A stretch of 64,000 nt of DNA. Origin: an uncultured Acidobacteriota bacterium. Its GTDB lineage: Bacteria > Acidobacteriota > Terriglobia > UBA7540. Every line of letters starts with the position of its first letter. Positions within the stretch are counted from its first letter, which is position 1. The notes under the pieces are model-generated. The model did no database searches. It saw only the letters and a program-made list of their open reading frames with translations, and had not been told where the DNA came from. The position numbers and the translations under genes were made by a program. The stretch is taken from NCBI GenBank assembly GCA_963804995.1, contig CAWDSK010000006.1, forward strand, positions 256,001 to 320,000. Direction: 5' to 3'. This document shows, piece after piece, positions 20,253 to 30,946 of the stretch.

Positions 20253-21812
20253 TTGGTCATGGGAGCGCGGAGGATCTTAGTGTCCGGTTTGATGGGATTA
20301 TGCCTGGCGGGTTCAGTGGCCGTCGGTGGCGGACAATCCACAAACGCGAGCCTGGAAGATGGGATTCGAGCTCTCAAAGCCGGCGAATTTGCCCAGGCCC
20401 GGCAAATACTCTCCGAAGTGGTGAAGCTTTCCCCCTCGGCCGAGAATATCAGCTATCTGGCGATGGCCGAGGCCGGCACGGGGGATCTGGCTCAGGCGAT
20501 TACCGACTTTCAGCAATCCATTCATCGGGGGAATGATTCAGCGGGCGTACATTACAACCTGGGAATTGCCTATCTGAAATCGGGTCAACCCGAAGACGGA
20601 ATTCGCGAGTTGCGCTTGGCATTGGCCAGGGATCCGAAGTACTCAGCGCCAAATTACCCCCTTGGTGTAGCTCTCCTCGATGTGCGGCGGCCCCGCGAAG
20701 CAGTTCCGTATCTTGAGCAGGCCCGGACGCAATCACCTCATAATAGGGAAATCTGGGCCAGCCTGATACGCGCCCAGTTCGAGCTTGGTAACAGCCCCGC
20801 CGCGCTGCAGGCTGTCGATCAAGCCGTGCAAGCTATTCCCGGCGATACCCGCTTGCTTGTGATCCTCGCCGGACTCTGCCTGCAACATGGCCAAGCCCAG
20901 AAGGCCCGTTCCTTGCTTGAAACCGCCAATAAGGCGAATCCGCGCGAACCGAGTATTGCCCTGGCGCTGGCACGCGTAAGCCTGCAGGTGGGAGATCCCA
21001 AGGAGACTCTCTTCGTACTAAGAGATTTGCCGCCGGAAGCTGGCAAGCCGGGCGAAACCATGTTCCTGCGCGGCGAGGCTCGAGCGCTGACCGAGAACCT
21101 GGTGGTTGCTGATTCAGACCTGTCCGCGGCCGTTGAGGCAGAGCCCCAGAATGTCGACTATTTGGTAGCCTATGCTTGGGTAAAGCAGCTTGAGCTGAAC
21201 TACCAGGATGCCTTGACGATCCTTGAGAAAGCCCGCGCGCTCAATGACCAGATCCCCGCTATTCACTACCGCGCCGCGGTAAATTACTATTCGCTGGGCA
21301 AGTTTACGGAAACGATCAACGCTTGTGAGGACACCATTCGACTCGCGCCCTCCTATGCCGAGGCCCACATGCTCTTGGGAGTGGTGGACCTCCAGAAAAA
21401 GGACTTTGGTACGGCGGAGGCGGCATTCCAGCATGCCGTCGCTCTAAAACCTGACGTGCCTGAATTTCATCTATTATTGGGAGTGGCCTTATACAAAAAC
21501 GACAAGTTTGAGGAAAGTCGGAAGGAGTTGACCCGGGCACTGGATCTTAATCCCCGCTTGGCCTACGCCTACTTCTACCGGGCGCAGGTGCTTTCACACG
21601 TTGGTGAGCGGCCAAAAGCCATCGCGGACCTGGAGACTGCGGTGGCACTCCAACCCCACTACCGGAAGGCCTACACGGAACTCGCGCGGCTCTATGCAGT
21701 TGATGGTCAACGCGAGAAGGCTGCGGCCGCGTTGGCAAAGGAAAAAGCGGAAGTACACCGAGACGAGGACGAGAACGCGCGCTTGCTTCAAGAAGTTGGG
21801 GCCTTGCCATAA
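20253..21812 (+). CDS. Secreted tetratricopeptide repeat protein
   Basis: Signal peptide and many TPR units (VHYNLGIAYL, AHMLLGVV, AYFYRAQ). Confidence 0.9.
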   Translation: MVMGARRILVSGLMGLCLAGSVAVGGGQSTNASLEDGIRALKAGEFAQARQILSEVVKLSPSAENISYLAMAEAGTGDLAQAITDFQQSIHRGNDSAGVHYNLGIAYLKSGQPEDGIRELRLALARDPKYSAPNYPLGVALLDVRRPREAVPYLEQARTQSPHNREIWASLIRAQFELGNSPAALQAVDQAVQAIPGDTRLLVILAGLCLQHGQAQKARSLLETANKANPREPSIALALARVSLQVGDPKETLFVLRDLPPEAGKPGETMFLRGEARALTENLVVADSDLSAAVEAEPQNVDYLVAYAWVKQLELNYQDALTILEKARALNDQIPAIHYRAAVNYYSLGKFTETINACEDTIRLAPSYAEAHMLLGVVDLQKKDFGTAEAAFQHAVALKPDVPEFHLLLGVALYKNDKFEESRKELTRALDLNPRLAYAYFYRAQVLSHVGERPKAIADLETAVALQPHYRKAYTELARLYAVDGQREKAAAALAKEKAEVHRDEDENARLLQEVGALP

Positions 21813-22017
21813 AAACTGCCGGAGGCAAGCGCCGAGACCACTGTGACGGCCAGCTAAGAGGTGACCTGTGGGCCGTCACCCCCCGACGAAGAAGTCGACT
21901 CGCTCCACTTCGAATCGCTCTGAGCACAGCGGAGAGGCTGGTGGCAAACTCCGCGAAGAATCTGGCTCCCCGCTAAGGATCGCGAAAGTTCGCAGGCACA
22001 CCGCGGCTTTCGAGAAC

Positions 22018-23220
22018 TCACGGATGGCCGTCTGTGACCGCCGCCCACATGCATCTGACCAAGCCTGCGCCGAAGGCCAGACGGTCCTCAGTGGTAGGGA
22101 CGCGCCCAAGCTTGGAGTCGAAATCTACGGTCTGCTCCGTCAACGTAGCAGGAATCTTGCGGTCATGAAACAACCCCTGGTCCACGGTCATCCGGCCCGG
22201 CATTCCGGGGGTGGTAGAGAAACCGGCGTCGCGCAGTGGTACGCCGGGATCGAACGATGTATTTGCGACCAGAAGGTCAAAGAAGCGTTTGATTAGCTGT
22301 TGAATCTGCGGACTGCCGGCAGAGAGAGGTCCCTCCAAGTACTCTCCATTGGTGTTGTGCATGGAAAGGAAGAGATCAATCCGCCGTCCTGCATCGACCC
22401 AATCCAGCATGGCTTTGTGTTGTGCTGCGATTTCGGGCATCAGCTTCGGATCCACGGTGTCCCAATTTCGGTTCAAGTCATAGCCATGGTCGTTGTATCG
22501 GACGCCGCCGCGGGCCACGCCGTCCGGATCGGCCATTGGAAAGATCTTGAAGACGGCCTCGTCGCGAATGCGTTCAGCTCTCGGATCGGAGGAAAGCAAG
22601 AAGCCAAGTGCGCCTTCAGCTACCCAGGAAGTGCTGGCTTCCCAGGCATGCTGCCGGGCCATCAGCCATAACACTTTCTTATTAGCATCCGAAACTGAGG
22701 GGTTGGTGACCGTGAGCAGCAACATGTCCCTTCCCTCAACCGTCTTGCCGACGACTTCTTTGTGGAGATAGGGGCTGCCGCCGGAAGCGGCCAGCAGGCG
22801 CGCCAGATCACCGGTGGTGTAAGGGGGCACGTGCGCAATCCACATGCGGTTTTTCAGAGGCGTGAAACGCAGGGAGAGACTAGTCGTCTGGTTGTTCCAT
22901 TGGACTTCCTGATCACTGAAAAACTGCCAGGTCTTGTTATCATAACTGAAGGCAGGTCGCGTAGTTTTTGTAACTGACAGGTCGACACTGCTGTAGTTGT
23001 ATTCGCCCACAAGGTCGACCAGGTCTAGGGTGATTTCCCGCCCCGCGGCGTCGTCTAGACGGAGATAGTACCAGCTGGCCTGGCGGTTTCTCCCTCTCTG
23101 ATCCACCTCACCATTTACCGCGCAGCGAAAGTGCGTGGGCGAGACCGGCTCGACCTTCCCCAGACTTCCAGCTTCGAAGTTCGTGTGGAGGCTAACGGCG
23201 AGTAGTAACAGTGGAATCAC
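22018..23220 (-). CDS. M14 zinc carboxypeptidase (CCP-like N-terminal domain)
   Basis: NFEAGSLG, GKTVEGR, ARQHAWE (HxxE), DLNRNW, SMH. Confidence 0.9.
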   Translation of the reverse strand: MIPLLLLAVSLHTNFEAGSLGKVEPVSPTHFRCAVNGEVDQRGRNRQASWYYLRLDDAAGREITLDLVDLVGEYNYSSVDLSVTKTTRPAFSYDNKTWQFFSDQEVQWNNQTTSLSLRFTPLKNRMWIAHVPPYTTGDLARLLAASGGSPYLHKEVVGKTVEGRDMLLLTVTNPSVSDANKKVLWLMARQHAWEASTSWVAEGALGFLLSSDPRAERIRDEAVFKIFPMADPDGVARGGVRYNDHGYDLNRNWDTVDPKLMPEIAAQHKAMLDWVDAGRRIDLFLSMHNTNGEYLEGPLSAGSPQIQQLIKRFFDLLVANTSFDPGVPLRDAGFSTTPGMPGRMTVDQGLFHDRKIPATLTEQTVDFDSKLGRVPTTEDRLAFGAGLVRCMWAAVTDGHP

Positions 23221-23431
23221 TCATGTCCTCCTGCGCCGCCACCGTCCTCGGCGCCACTCCCACGCCCCTCCTACAAGCTCAGGCGGTTATGGGACCGGCG
23301 AGAATCCGTTCTGGCAGCAATCGGCTTACTACCCGTTGCAAGCACATGCGAATCTTGCCTTGTGCCATGCGCCGACTTACTCCAAGTGGATAACGCGCTG
23401 ATGCCCGGTAGACTCGTTCCATCCGGGGTTT

Positions 23432-26400
23432 TCAGAAGTGAAGCTTTAGGGCGAATTGAATCGTCCGTCCTCCTTGCCGGGTGGAATTCACCAATCCAAA
23501 ATTAGAGTCAGGGAGGCGGCTATGCGGAGGAGCAAAGGTAGTTTGGTTCAAGAAGTTGAAGAACTCTCCCCTGAACTCCACGGATCTATTCTCTCCAAAG
23601 GGCCAATGCTTCATAAACGCAGAATCCCAGTTCAATAGCGGATCGGAGAAGAGAGCATGCTTACCCGCATGGCCTTTGGTCCCAAAGGGCGGCATTTGGT
23701 AGGCTGCGGTATTGAACCACTCCGTTAGGGTTCGGTTCGAAATCGCGTTGGGATCGCCGACCAAATCGGGGAATTGGTCCATGCGTCCGACACTTCCTAT
23801 ATTCTCGTTGTCACCATGGATATATGCGACATAGGGCGTGCCGCCATCGGCCGCGATATTGCCCGATAGCGACCAGTGGGCGAGCGCCGCATTCGCCCAT
23901 GGGCTCTGACTCCTGAAGGGAATCTCATAAATATAGCTGGCGTTAAATATCTTCTCGATGTCGAATCCCGCTGGCCCCCAAAACTCGTGATCGGCGATGG
24001 TATACCGCGTGGGGTTAGACCCAGAAGAACTGCTGATCAGGGCCGCGGTGGAGCTTATCCCGTCCGCGTCATCCAAGGCCTTTTGCCAAGTGAAGGCAAC
24101 CAGGAAAGTCAAATTCTTTGAAGTGCGCTTATCAAGTCTCAGACTCAAGCCGTTGTACCTTGAACTGTTTTCGTGATAATTGTTCTCGACGTAAGGTGGG
24201 AAATCGGGCCATCGCTGCCTATTCTGGTAAGGGTCCGTACCAGGGGTTACCGCCACGTTGTCGATGATTTGGGAGGGAAGCTTGACGCCGTGGGATCCTA
24301 CGTAGGAGACCTCCAGCATCATGGAGGGTGTGAGCTGCCGTTGCACGGAGAAGTTCCACTCTTCCACATAGCCTGTTCGCGAACTTGAAGTATCAAAATT
24401 CATGCCCTGCGACAACCCCAAAGCCGTGGCGGTAGCGACCGCAGGACCGGGAAACGGGTTCTGAATAAAAGCGGTGGGAGTCGTCAAGTTCAGGCTCCCC
24501 AGGGTTTCGCTGAACGAGAAGGGCCAGTTGCCGTGGTTGCTCTCTTCGCTTTGTGCTGTGGCACCGAACGCGTCAGTGAAAAGGCCGTAGGCCGCGCGGA
24601 CCACCGTCCTTGGAGTTATGGAATAGGCAATCCCCAATCGGGGCTGGTAGCCGCGATAATCTGGAGCGACTCCGCCCCGCCGAACGTTGGCAGGAGCCCC
24701 AGTGACGGGATTCTTGATGTCCCAGAGCATCTGGCCCGTCTCCCACTGAAAGGTTGAGCTCCCATAGCTGTTTACCAGCGGAGCAGCGTAATCCCACCGC
24801 AATCCGACGTTGAGAGTCAACTTGGGAGTGACTCGAACGCTATCATGCACGTAGTAGGAGTACGCCATGTCCGAATAGTCGCCGGCGGTAGTTCCTGCGA
24901 GGCGCCCGGCCGCATCAGGCAAACCCAGCAGAAAGCTCGCCAGAGCACCTCCAGTCCCCGCGCCAAAACCTGTCTGGTCCGCGGTGAATTCTTCAAAAGT
25001 CCCGGTCTGACAGTCGGTGAAGAACGTGTTGCGCGCCACACGCCCACCGAACGAGATCGTGTGGCGTCCTTTGGTTTTTTGTGCGTCGGCCGTCCACGAC
25101 CACAAGAACTCAGGCCCGTCGCTGCCCATACCCTGACCGATACCCGCATAGTCACCGATCGACAGGGGAGGCAATAGATCGAACTTCCCGCGGTATGGAG
25201 GAAAAGCATCCACCATGCCCGCCGCCTTGAGCACATCCGGTCCCGCACTACCGTATTCCGGGTTCGTCCTCTCCAATCCAAATCGGACCGTCACCAGACT
25301 TGTAGCACTAAGGGTGTGCGTGTCGCTGACGGCTATATTCGTAAAGTGATTGGTGGCACCTGAAGGAAGGGCAGGCAAGCCAATGCTGGACTGCGGGTTT
25401 CGTGCATCAGTAATGCGGGCGTAGAAGCTGTCCTTCTGGCCAAACTGGTGATCCACGCGGACACTCCACTGGTCATAGGTGCTGGTGTCTGCGCCCGTAT
25501 TTAGGTAATTAACTCCAGGAATGACCCCTGGCGCAAGATTCGGGAGGGGGTAAAGCGCCTTGGCAATAATCAGCGCTGAGGAATTCAGTCTACTGGAGAT
25601 ATTGTTCCCCACAAAAGGTTGCCGGCTAGCGAGGCTGCCGTCAGGGTTGGCCACGCTCGTGTAGGGATCATAAAGTTGCGGCTCCCCGGAGAAGTCGCCG
25701 TTTAACTCCGCCGCCGTGGGTACCAAACCCGTGAAGTTGTCGGCGTTGTGGATGCGAACCCCTTCGTACCACCCATAGACGTACCACGCTCTTCCCTTGG
25801 ACAGCAGATGCGGAATGACCAGAGGTCCGCCAAATGTGCCCCCAAATTGGTTCCACTTAAAGGCTCCGACACTGGGTAGGAAGAAGCTCCTGGCATTCAA
25901 CGCGTTATTTTGCAGGAATTCCCAAGCGTCCCCATGATATCGGTTGGTCCCCGCTTTGGTCACCAAGGTTATGGTCGCTCCGGCAGACCAACCGTAGGCG
26001 CCCGAATCCGCGCCCGATTCTACCTTCATTTCCCCAATCGCTTCCGGCGGAGGATAGGTTGGGATGCCGTTATAACTGACTTGGTTATTTGGGACACCGT
26101 CGATCGTGTAGTTGTTGTCCCGATTTCGCTGGCCGTATACGGAGGGGTTTTCTCCCGCCCCGGTACTGTTAAAACCCGACGAGCCCACACTGAAGTTGTA
26201 TCCACCCGTGCGGATGTATGCCACTCCGGGAAGAATGGCTAAGAGGGCTTGAAAGCTCCTGCCCAGTGTGGGCAACTCAACAAATTGCGTTCCCGTGACT
26301 TCAGACCCCACCGTGGCCGTGGTCGTCTGCAGGAGAGGCGGAGCCTCCTTGACCTCCATTTCCGTTACCGTTCTGCCTACGGATAAAGTCGCATTGAGAG

Positions 26401-26731
26401 TGCTCCCCTGCCCAGCCACCAAGACGATGTTGGTAAGGGTTTGTGTCTCGAAACCGGTCACCTTGACCAGCAACTGATAGGTGCCGGGAAGTATGGCGGG
26501 AATGACATACCCCCCAGTAGAGTCAGTAACCGTTTGGCGGCTGGCTCGTTCGAGGGTACTTTGCAGCGTCACCTGCGCACCCGGAATCCCAGCTCCCGAA
26601 GTATCGCTCACCACGCCACTCAGGGCGGCGGTGCCCAGTTGGGCCTTCATATTCACACTGCAGGCCAAGAACATGACCAGCAGCACTAAGCCTGTAAACG
26701 CGCTCCACACCTTAGAATGAATGCTTATCAT
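23432..26731 (-). CDS. TonB-dependent receptor-like (Oar-type), island copy 2
   Basis: Close paralog of 15486-18779 over its full length. Confidence 0.93.
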   Translation of the reverse strand: MISIHSKVWSAFTGLVLLVMFLACSVNMKAQLGTAALSGVVSDTSGAGIPGAQVTLQSTLERASRQTVTDSTGGYVIPAILPGTYQLLVKVTGFETQTLTNIVLVAGQGSTLNATLSVGRTVTEMEVKEAPPLLQTTTATVGSEVTGTQFVELPTLGRSFQALLAILPGVAYIRTGGYNFSVGSSGFNSTGAGENPSVYGQRNRDNNYTIDGVPNNQVSYNGIPTYPPPEAIGEMKVESGADSGAYGWSAGATITLVTKAGTNRYHGDAWEFLQNNALNARSFFLPSVGAFKWNQFGGTFGGPLVIPHLLSKGRAWYVYGWYEGVRIHNADNFTGLVPTAAELNGDFSGEPQLYDPYTSVANPDGSLASRQPFVGNNISSRLNSSALIIAKALYPLPNLAPGVIPGVNYLNTGADTSTYDQWSVRVDHQFGQKDSFYARITDARNPQSSIGLPALPSGATNHFTNIAVSDTHTLSATSLVTVRFGLERTNPEYGSAGPDVLKAAGMVDAFPPYRGKFDLLPPLSIGDYAGIGQGMGSDGPEFLWSWTADAQKTKGRHTISFGGRVARNTFFTDCQTGTFEEFTADQTGFGAGTGGALASFLLGLPDAAGRLAGTTAGDYSDMAYSYYVHDSVRVTPKLTLNVGLRWDYAAPLVNSYGSSTFQWETGQMLWDIKNPVTGAPANVRRGGVAPDYRGYQPRLGIAYSITPRTVVRAAYGLFTDAFGATAQSEESNHGNWPFSFSETLGSLNLTTPTAFIQNPFPGPAVATATALGLSQGMNFDTSSSRTGYVEEWNFSVQRQLTPSMMLEVSYVGSHGVKLPSQIIDNVAVTPGTDPYQNRQRWPDFPPYVENNYHENSSRYNGLSLRLDKRTSKNLTFLVAFTWQKALDDADGISSTAALISSSSGSNPTRYTIADHEFWGPAGFDIEKIFNASYIYEIPFRSQSPWANAALAHWSLSGNIAADGGTPYVAYIHGDNENIGSVGRMDQFPDLVGDPNAISNRTLTEWFNTAAYQMPPFGTKGHAGKHALFSDPLLNWDSAFMKHWPFGENRSVEFRGEFFNFLNQTTFAPPHSRLPDSNFGLVNSTRQGGRTIQFALKLHF

Positions 26732-26931
26732 TCCACACCTCTCCCTCCGCCCTTCTTTCGGCGGTTGAAATATGGCGGTCGAGCTGCAACGGCTGATGGG
26801 GTCATACGCACTACCCCGTACTTAGACTATGCGAGTTAAAGACGAGACATGATTGGCATGGTCAACCGTCTTTCGTTAACCACTGGAGGAAAACTTAAAT
26901 ACGCTGACTTTCTAATGCATTTATGGCGCGG

Positions 26932-26988
26932 ACTCTAGTCTCTTTCAATCTCCGTGTCAATAGATATTTGCGAAGGATATTTGCGAAG
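26932..26988 (-). promoter_or_regulatory. sigma70 promoter with upstream 13 bp direct repeat
   Basis: Minus strand TTGACA-17 nt-TAGAGT; GATATTTGCGAAG x2 at 26963-26988. Confidence 0.65.
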
Positions 26989-27511
26989 GTTGTAATCCAT
27001 CGGTTTCCACTGGGCCGGGCGTGCTACCACAAAAGCCGCCTTAAGCGGACCGACCACGTGCTGATTAGACTGGACATTTGACGCGCTGACAAAAGCTCAA
27101 GCACAAGCACGTTTGCTCAGGCAGCTAGACATCACCTTTCATGGCAGTAAACTCTTTTGGGAACGTGGCAGCAAGCGAAGCTGCAAGAGCATCGCCAATG
27201 CCCGACGAAGGGTCATTTTGATAACTGGAGGAACAATCATGAGATCGCTGACCTTCCTACTCATGAGTTTGATCTTGGCGTGTTCACCGGCCATTACGCT
27301 CGCGCATGGGCCTGTCTGCTAAAGATCCGCCGGGCTAATGCCTTGAGAAGTGGTGAAGGGTATGTTGCCGGCCGACCGGGAAGTTATAGTGCAAATTCCG
27401 GTTGACATGTTCCCGCAGGGGCGTACACTCCTCGCAAAATGTTGTGGCTATCAAGCCGGTAAGCCGTTCACCGCCCCGGCGGATGGATCTCTGACCGTAG
27501 GAGAAACGATT

Positions 27512-28510
27512 ATGAAATCGCGATTCTCATCACTTCTGGCAGTGACGGTAATCTTTTCATGCGTTGGAACGGCTGGGGCAGGACCAAATCCCGCTGTGCG
27601 CAACCATTTGGTTCGAGTAGTCACGGTCAGCCAGGAGGGACTGGATGTAGAAGGAAACAACCTGTTGGAGCCGACGCTTGAGCTCCTGAATCGTGCGGCT
27701 TCTTTCCACCCGGACATTGTCTGCCTCCCCGAACATTTCAGCGGACGCACACCGCAGACCGTCCCTGGGCCCGTCACAGACAGGCTGGCGGCCTGGGCAC
27801 GCGAGCACTCCTCCTATGTAGCCTTTGGATTGATCACCAAAAAAGACGGCAAAATTCACAACTCCGCAATCCTGATGGACCGCCAGGGGCAGATCGTCGG
27901 ACAGTACAACAAGCTCCATCCCACGGACCAGGAAATCAAACGCGGAATCCTGCCGGGTGAGGATACAGGTTTATCCGTGTTCAAAACGGACTTCGGCACC
28001 ATCGGACTCCAGATTTGCTTTGACGTGAACTGGCGCGACGAATGGCACAAGCTTAAAGAGCATGGTGCACAGCTCGTTATCTGGCCCTCGGCCTATCCGG
28101 CGGCAATGCAACTTCCGGCTTTGGCGCTGACCAACGAATATTTCATTATCTCTTCGACCGGCAGGGCGTCTGCGTCCATTTACGACATCACAGGGCGGGT
28201 CCTGGCCACCACAGGTGTCTATCAGGAATGGGCAGGAGCGGTGCTTCCCCTCGGCAAGCGCCTCTTTGAGACTGACTACAACGCTCCAAAGGCGCGGGAA
28301 ATCCAGCAGAAGTACGGGTTGAGAGTCGAGGTCACCTGGTACCATGACAGCGACTGGATAACGCTGGCATCGCTCGACCCAGAGGTGAGAGTGGAAGACC
28401 TTATCGGGGAGTACGGTTTAATCCCTCTGGATGCGTACATTGCAAGATCCACGAAGATAATCAACCAGACAAGAGCTGAGGCGGAGGGCAAAGTACAAGT
28501 GACCAAATAG
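27512..28510 (+). CDS. Secreted carbon-nitrogen hydrolase (nitrilase superfamily)
   Basis: AGGAG RBS, signal peptide; E-K-C triad in CLPE, YNKLHP, ICFD. Confidence 0.9.
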   Translation: MKSRFSSLLAVTVIFSCVGTAGAGPNPAVRNHLVRVVTVSQEGLDVEGNNLLEPTLELLNRAASFHPDIVCLPEHFSGRTPQTVPGPVTDRLAAWAREHSSYVAFGLITKKDGKIHNSAILMDRQGQIVGQYNKLHPTDQEIKRGILPGEDTGLSVFKTDFGTIGLQICFDVNWRDEWHKLKEHGAQLVIWPSAYPAAMQLPALALTNEYFIISSTGRASASIYDITGRVLATTGVYQEWAGAVLPLGKRLFETDYNAPKAREIQQKYGLRVEVTWYHDSDWITLASLDPEVRVEDLIGEYGLIPLDAYIARSTKIINQTRAEAEGKVQVTK

Positions 28511-28608
28511 TTTTACCAGAAGTGTGGCGGCACGTGATCGGCTTACCGGACTGGTAATTCACCCCTTGGCATTCGTTTCTTCAGCCTCTCAGCGTTAACT
28601 TCGATTTG

Positions 28609-30423
28609 TCAAGATCCCGCCCGGGGACCGTGAGGCGATCGATCTTCCCGGTTTTCCCTCCTTATTATTCCCGATCCCTCTTTGATTGTTAGGATCTGAT
28701 TGACCGCGACATTAGTGAACCGTTCCACCTTATCCGTCGTCGGCCACTTCACTTCGATTGCATCAATCTGCTTGGATTGTCCCACGCCAAAGTGAAGGCG
28801 CAAGTCGCTTTGCGACATCACACTACTTCCGCTGTGGACCTCATCGATTTGTGTATGCTTCCCAGTGACTACGCGCACCCGCGCTCCGATTGCCGTGCGG
28901 TTGCAATTGGTCCCGAGCAATTTGATCTTGATCCAGTTGTTCTTATTGCCACCGTCGTTACGGAGGAGCGACGGCACATCGTTCATGTTCAGCACTAGAA
29001 CATCCATGTCGCCATCATTGTCGTAATCACCGAAGGCACAACCGCGGCTGGAGTAACATTCGCTGATGCCTGGCCCCAGTTGTGCCGAAACGTCCTTGAA
29101 CTTGCCGTTTCCGAGGTTCTTGTAAACAACTCGCGGGGTCTTGAACTGCGGGCCCACACTATATTTTATGGTTTCCGGGTAGACGTGCCCCGTCACGTAA
29201 AGAATGTCGGTCCAACCATCGTTGTCATAGTCCATGAACCCCGCGCCCCAACAGACGTATTGAGAAACGCCAAGCCCAACGTGTGAAGCTACGTCCGAAA
29301 ACGTTCCGTTGCCGTTGTTGCGATACACGTTCGGTGTGTCATCTGAAAAGTTGGTTTTAAAAATGTTGAGCCAGCCGTTACAATCATAATCAGCGACAGC
29401 CAAACCCATGCCGGCCTGCTCCGCGCCATCTTCGTTGTATGCACACCCGGCCATCACCGCGATGTCCTCAAAAGTCCCGTCGTGTTTGTTGTGGAACAAG
29501 ATGCTGGGCCCGGAATCCACGGCCACGTAAATATCCGGCCAGCCGTCGTTATCGAAATCGTACGCGACAGCCATCAGTGAAGAGCGTGGCCCCGGTTCCA
29601 GGATGCCGGCTTTTTCCGAAACGTCGGTGAATGTTCCATTGCCATTGTTCCGGTAGAGGATATTCAGCCCGCTGGGAAGGCCCCGCGGACCGCACAATAC
29701 TGGGATGCCTTTCCACATGCAGTAAGTGGCTTGGCCGGGCACTGGCACTTTGCTGATGTCGAGCTCCAGGTAGTTGCACACAAACAGGTCCAGGAATCCG
29801 TCGCGATTGTAGTCGAACCACGTGCAACCCGAGCCCCAACGAACCCGATCCTCCCAAAGTCCTGCTTTCTTTGTAACGTCTGTGAAAGTGCCGTCGCCAT
29901 TGTTGTGCCAAAGGAGGTTATGCCCCCAATAGCAGCAAAACAGGTCATCCCAGCCGTCGTTGTCGTAATCGCCCACGCAAACGCCGGTGCCCCACCCGGT
30001 GCGCCCGAGGCCGGACTTCTCCGTCACATCGGTGAACGTGCCGTCACGATTGTTCTTGTACAAATGCTGGCGGGGTGTGTTGCCAGGCTCGTAGATCTCA
30101 TCGAACCGAACACCATTGGTCAGGTAAATATCCAGCCAACCGTCGTTGTCGTAGTCGAAGAAGGCAAGCCCGGTGCCTTTCGTTTCAATAATATACTTCT
30201 TGCTATCAACCCCTCCCCACACGTTGGGGACTTTCAGCCCCGCCTGTTCGGCCACATCTACAAATGTGACCGAGGAGGAATTCTCCGGATTTGGAATTGT
30301 AGCGCCCTGGAGCGCAGGGGCGCCTTTCCAACGATGAGACGGTGTGGTGAGGACCTCGAGGAGTTTCGACCCAAGCAAGACTGCTGAGGAACCCAGAAAA
30401 TAGCGGCGGGGACATTTGATCAT
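28609..30423 (-). CDS. CRTAC1-family protein (FG-GAP/VCBS repeats + ASPIC/UnbV)
   Basis: Repeated DYDNDGWxD; AIGARV...SQSDLRLHFGVG; RRYFL Tat-like motif. Confidence 0.93.
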   Translation of the reverse strand: MIKCPRRYFLGSSAVLLGSKLLEVLTTPSHRWKGAPALQGATIPNPENSSSVTFVDVAEQAGLKVPNVWGGVDSKKYIIETKGTGLAFFDYDNDGWLDIYLTNGVRFDEIYEPGNTPRQHLYKNNRDGTFTDVTEKSGLGRTGWGTGVCVGDYDNDGWDDLFCCYWGHNLLWHNNGDGTFTDVTKKAGLWEDRVRWGSGCTWFDYNRDGFLDLFVCNYLELDISKVPVPGQATYCMWKGIPVLCGPRGLPSGLNILYRNNGNGTFTDVSEKAGILEPGPRSSLMAVAYDFDNDGWPDIYVAVDSGPSILFHNKHDGTFEDIAVMAGCAYNEDGAEQAGMGLAVADYDCNGWLNIFKTNFSDDTPNVYRNNGNGTFSDVASHVGLGVSQYVCWGAGFMDYDNDGWTDILYVTGHVYPETIKYSVGPQFKTPRVVYKNLGNGKFKDVSAQLGPGISECYSSRGCAFGDYDNDGDMDVLVLNMNDVPSLLRNDGGNKNNWIKIKLLGTNCNRTAIGARVRVVTGKHTQIDEVHSGSSVMSQSDLRLHFGVGQSKQIDAIEVKWPTTDKVERFTNVAVNQILTIKEGSGIIRRENREDRSPHGPRAGS

Positions 30424-30571
30424 GCGTGACCTCTGTGCCGTAGTTTGTGGAAACTAACCTTTGCCTCCACTCGCCTGAATCCAGTAGCGGGGCGAGAAGC
30501 CATAATGCCATACTTTTGCAGTTGAAGGTGATCTCGCCGCGTAAGATAAAGATACAAGAGGGCAGCACACC

Positions 30572-30795
30572 TGTCCATGCCAAAAATCCCGTTCAGATTG
30601 AAATCATTGATCTTACCGGAAGGCATTGCTACTGTTCTGACCCTATGTTCACTTCCGTACTCTCCGCGTTGTTTAGCCCGGTTATCTCAGTGCGCCCCAA
30701 CGGCGCAGATCACCAGTGGCGGAAGGACCCTGTGCCTGCCAGAAACTCCGTCCGGATTGAAATCATTGATGCTGATTCGCTTCCGCTGCCGTTAT
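30572..30795 (+). mobile_element. Two solo left ends of the rve-IS family
   Basis: TGTCCATGCCAAAAATCC..GATTGAAATCATTGAT at 30572 and TGTGCCTGCCAGAAACTCC.. at 30731 match the ends at 42504 and 15227. Confidence 0.75.
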
Positions 30796-30946
30796 CCGCA
30801 CGCCACCCAGCCCGGACATGGCTAGGGTCGCGCCCATGGTTCCTTGAACATCACGCTCAAGGTATTGCCTGCGGTTGGCTTTCATAGTGGACCTCCTGCC
30901 GCACAGTTTGTGGACAAAAGGATCTTTGCTGAACCTCCTTGGGTGT

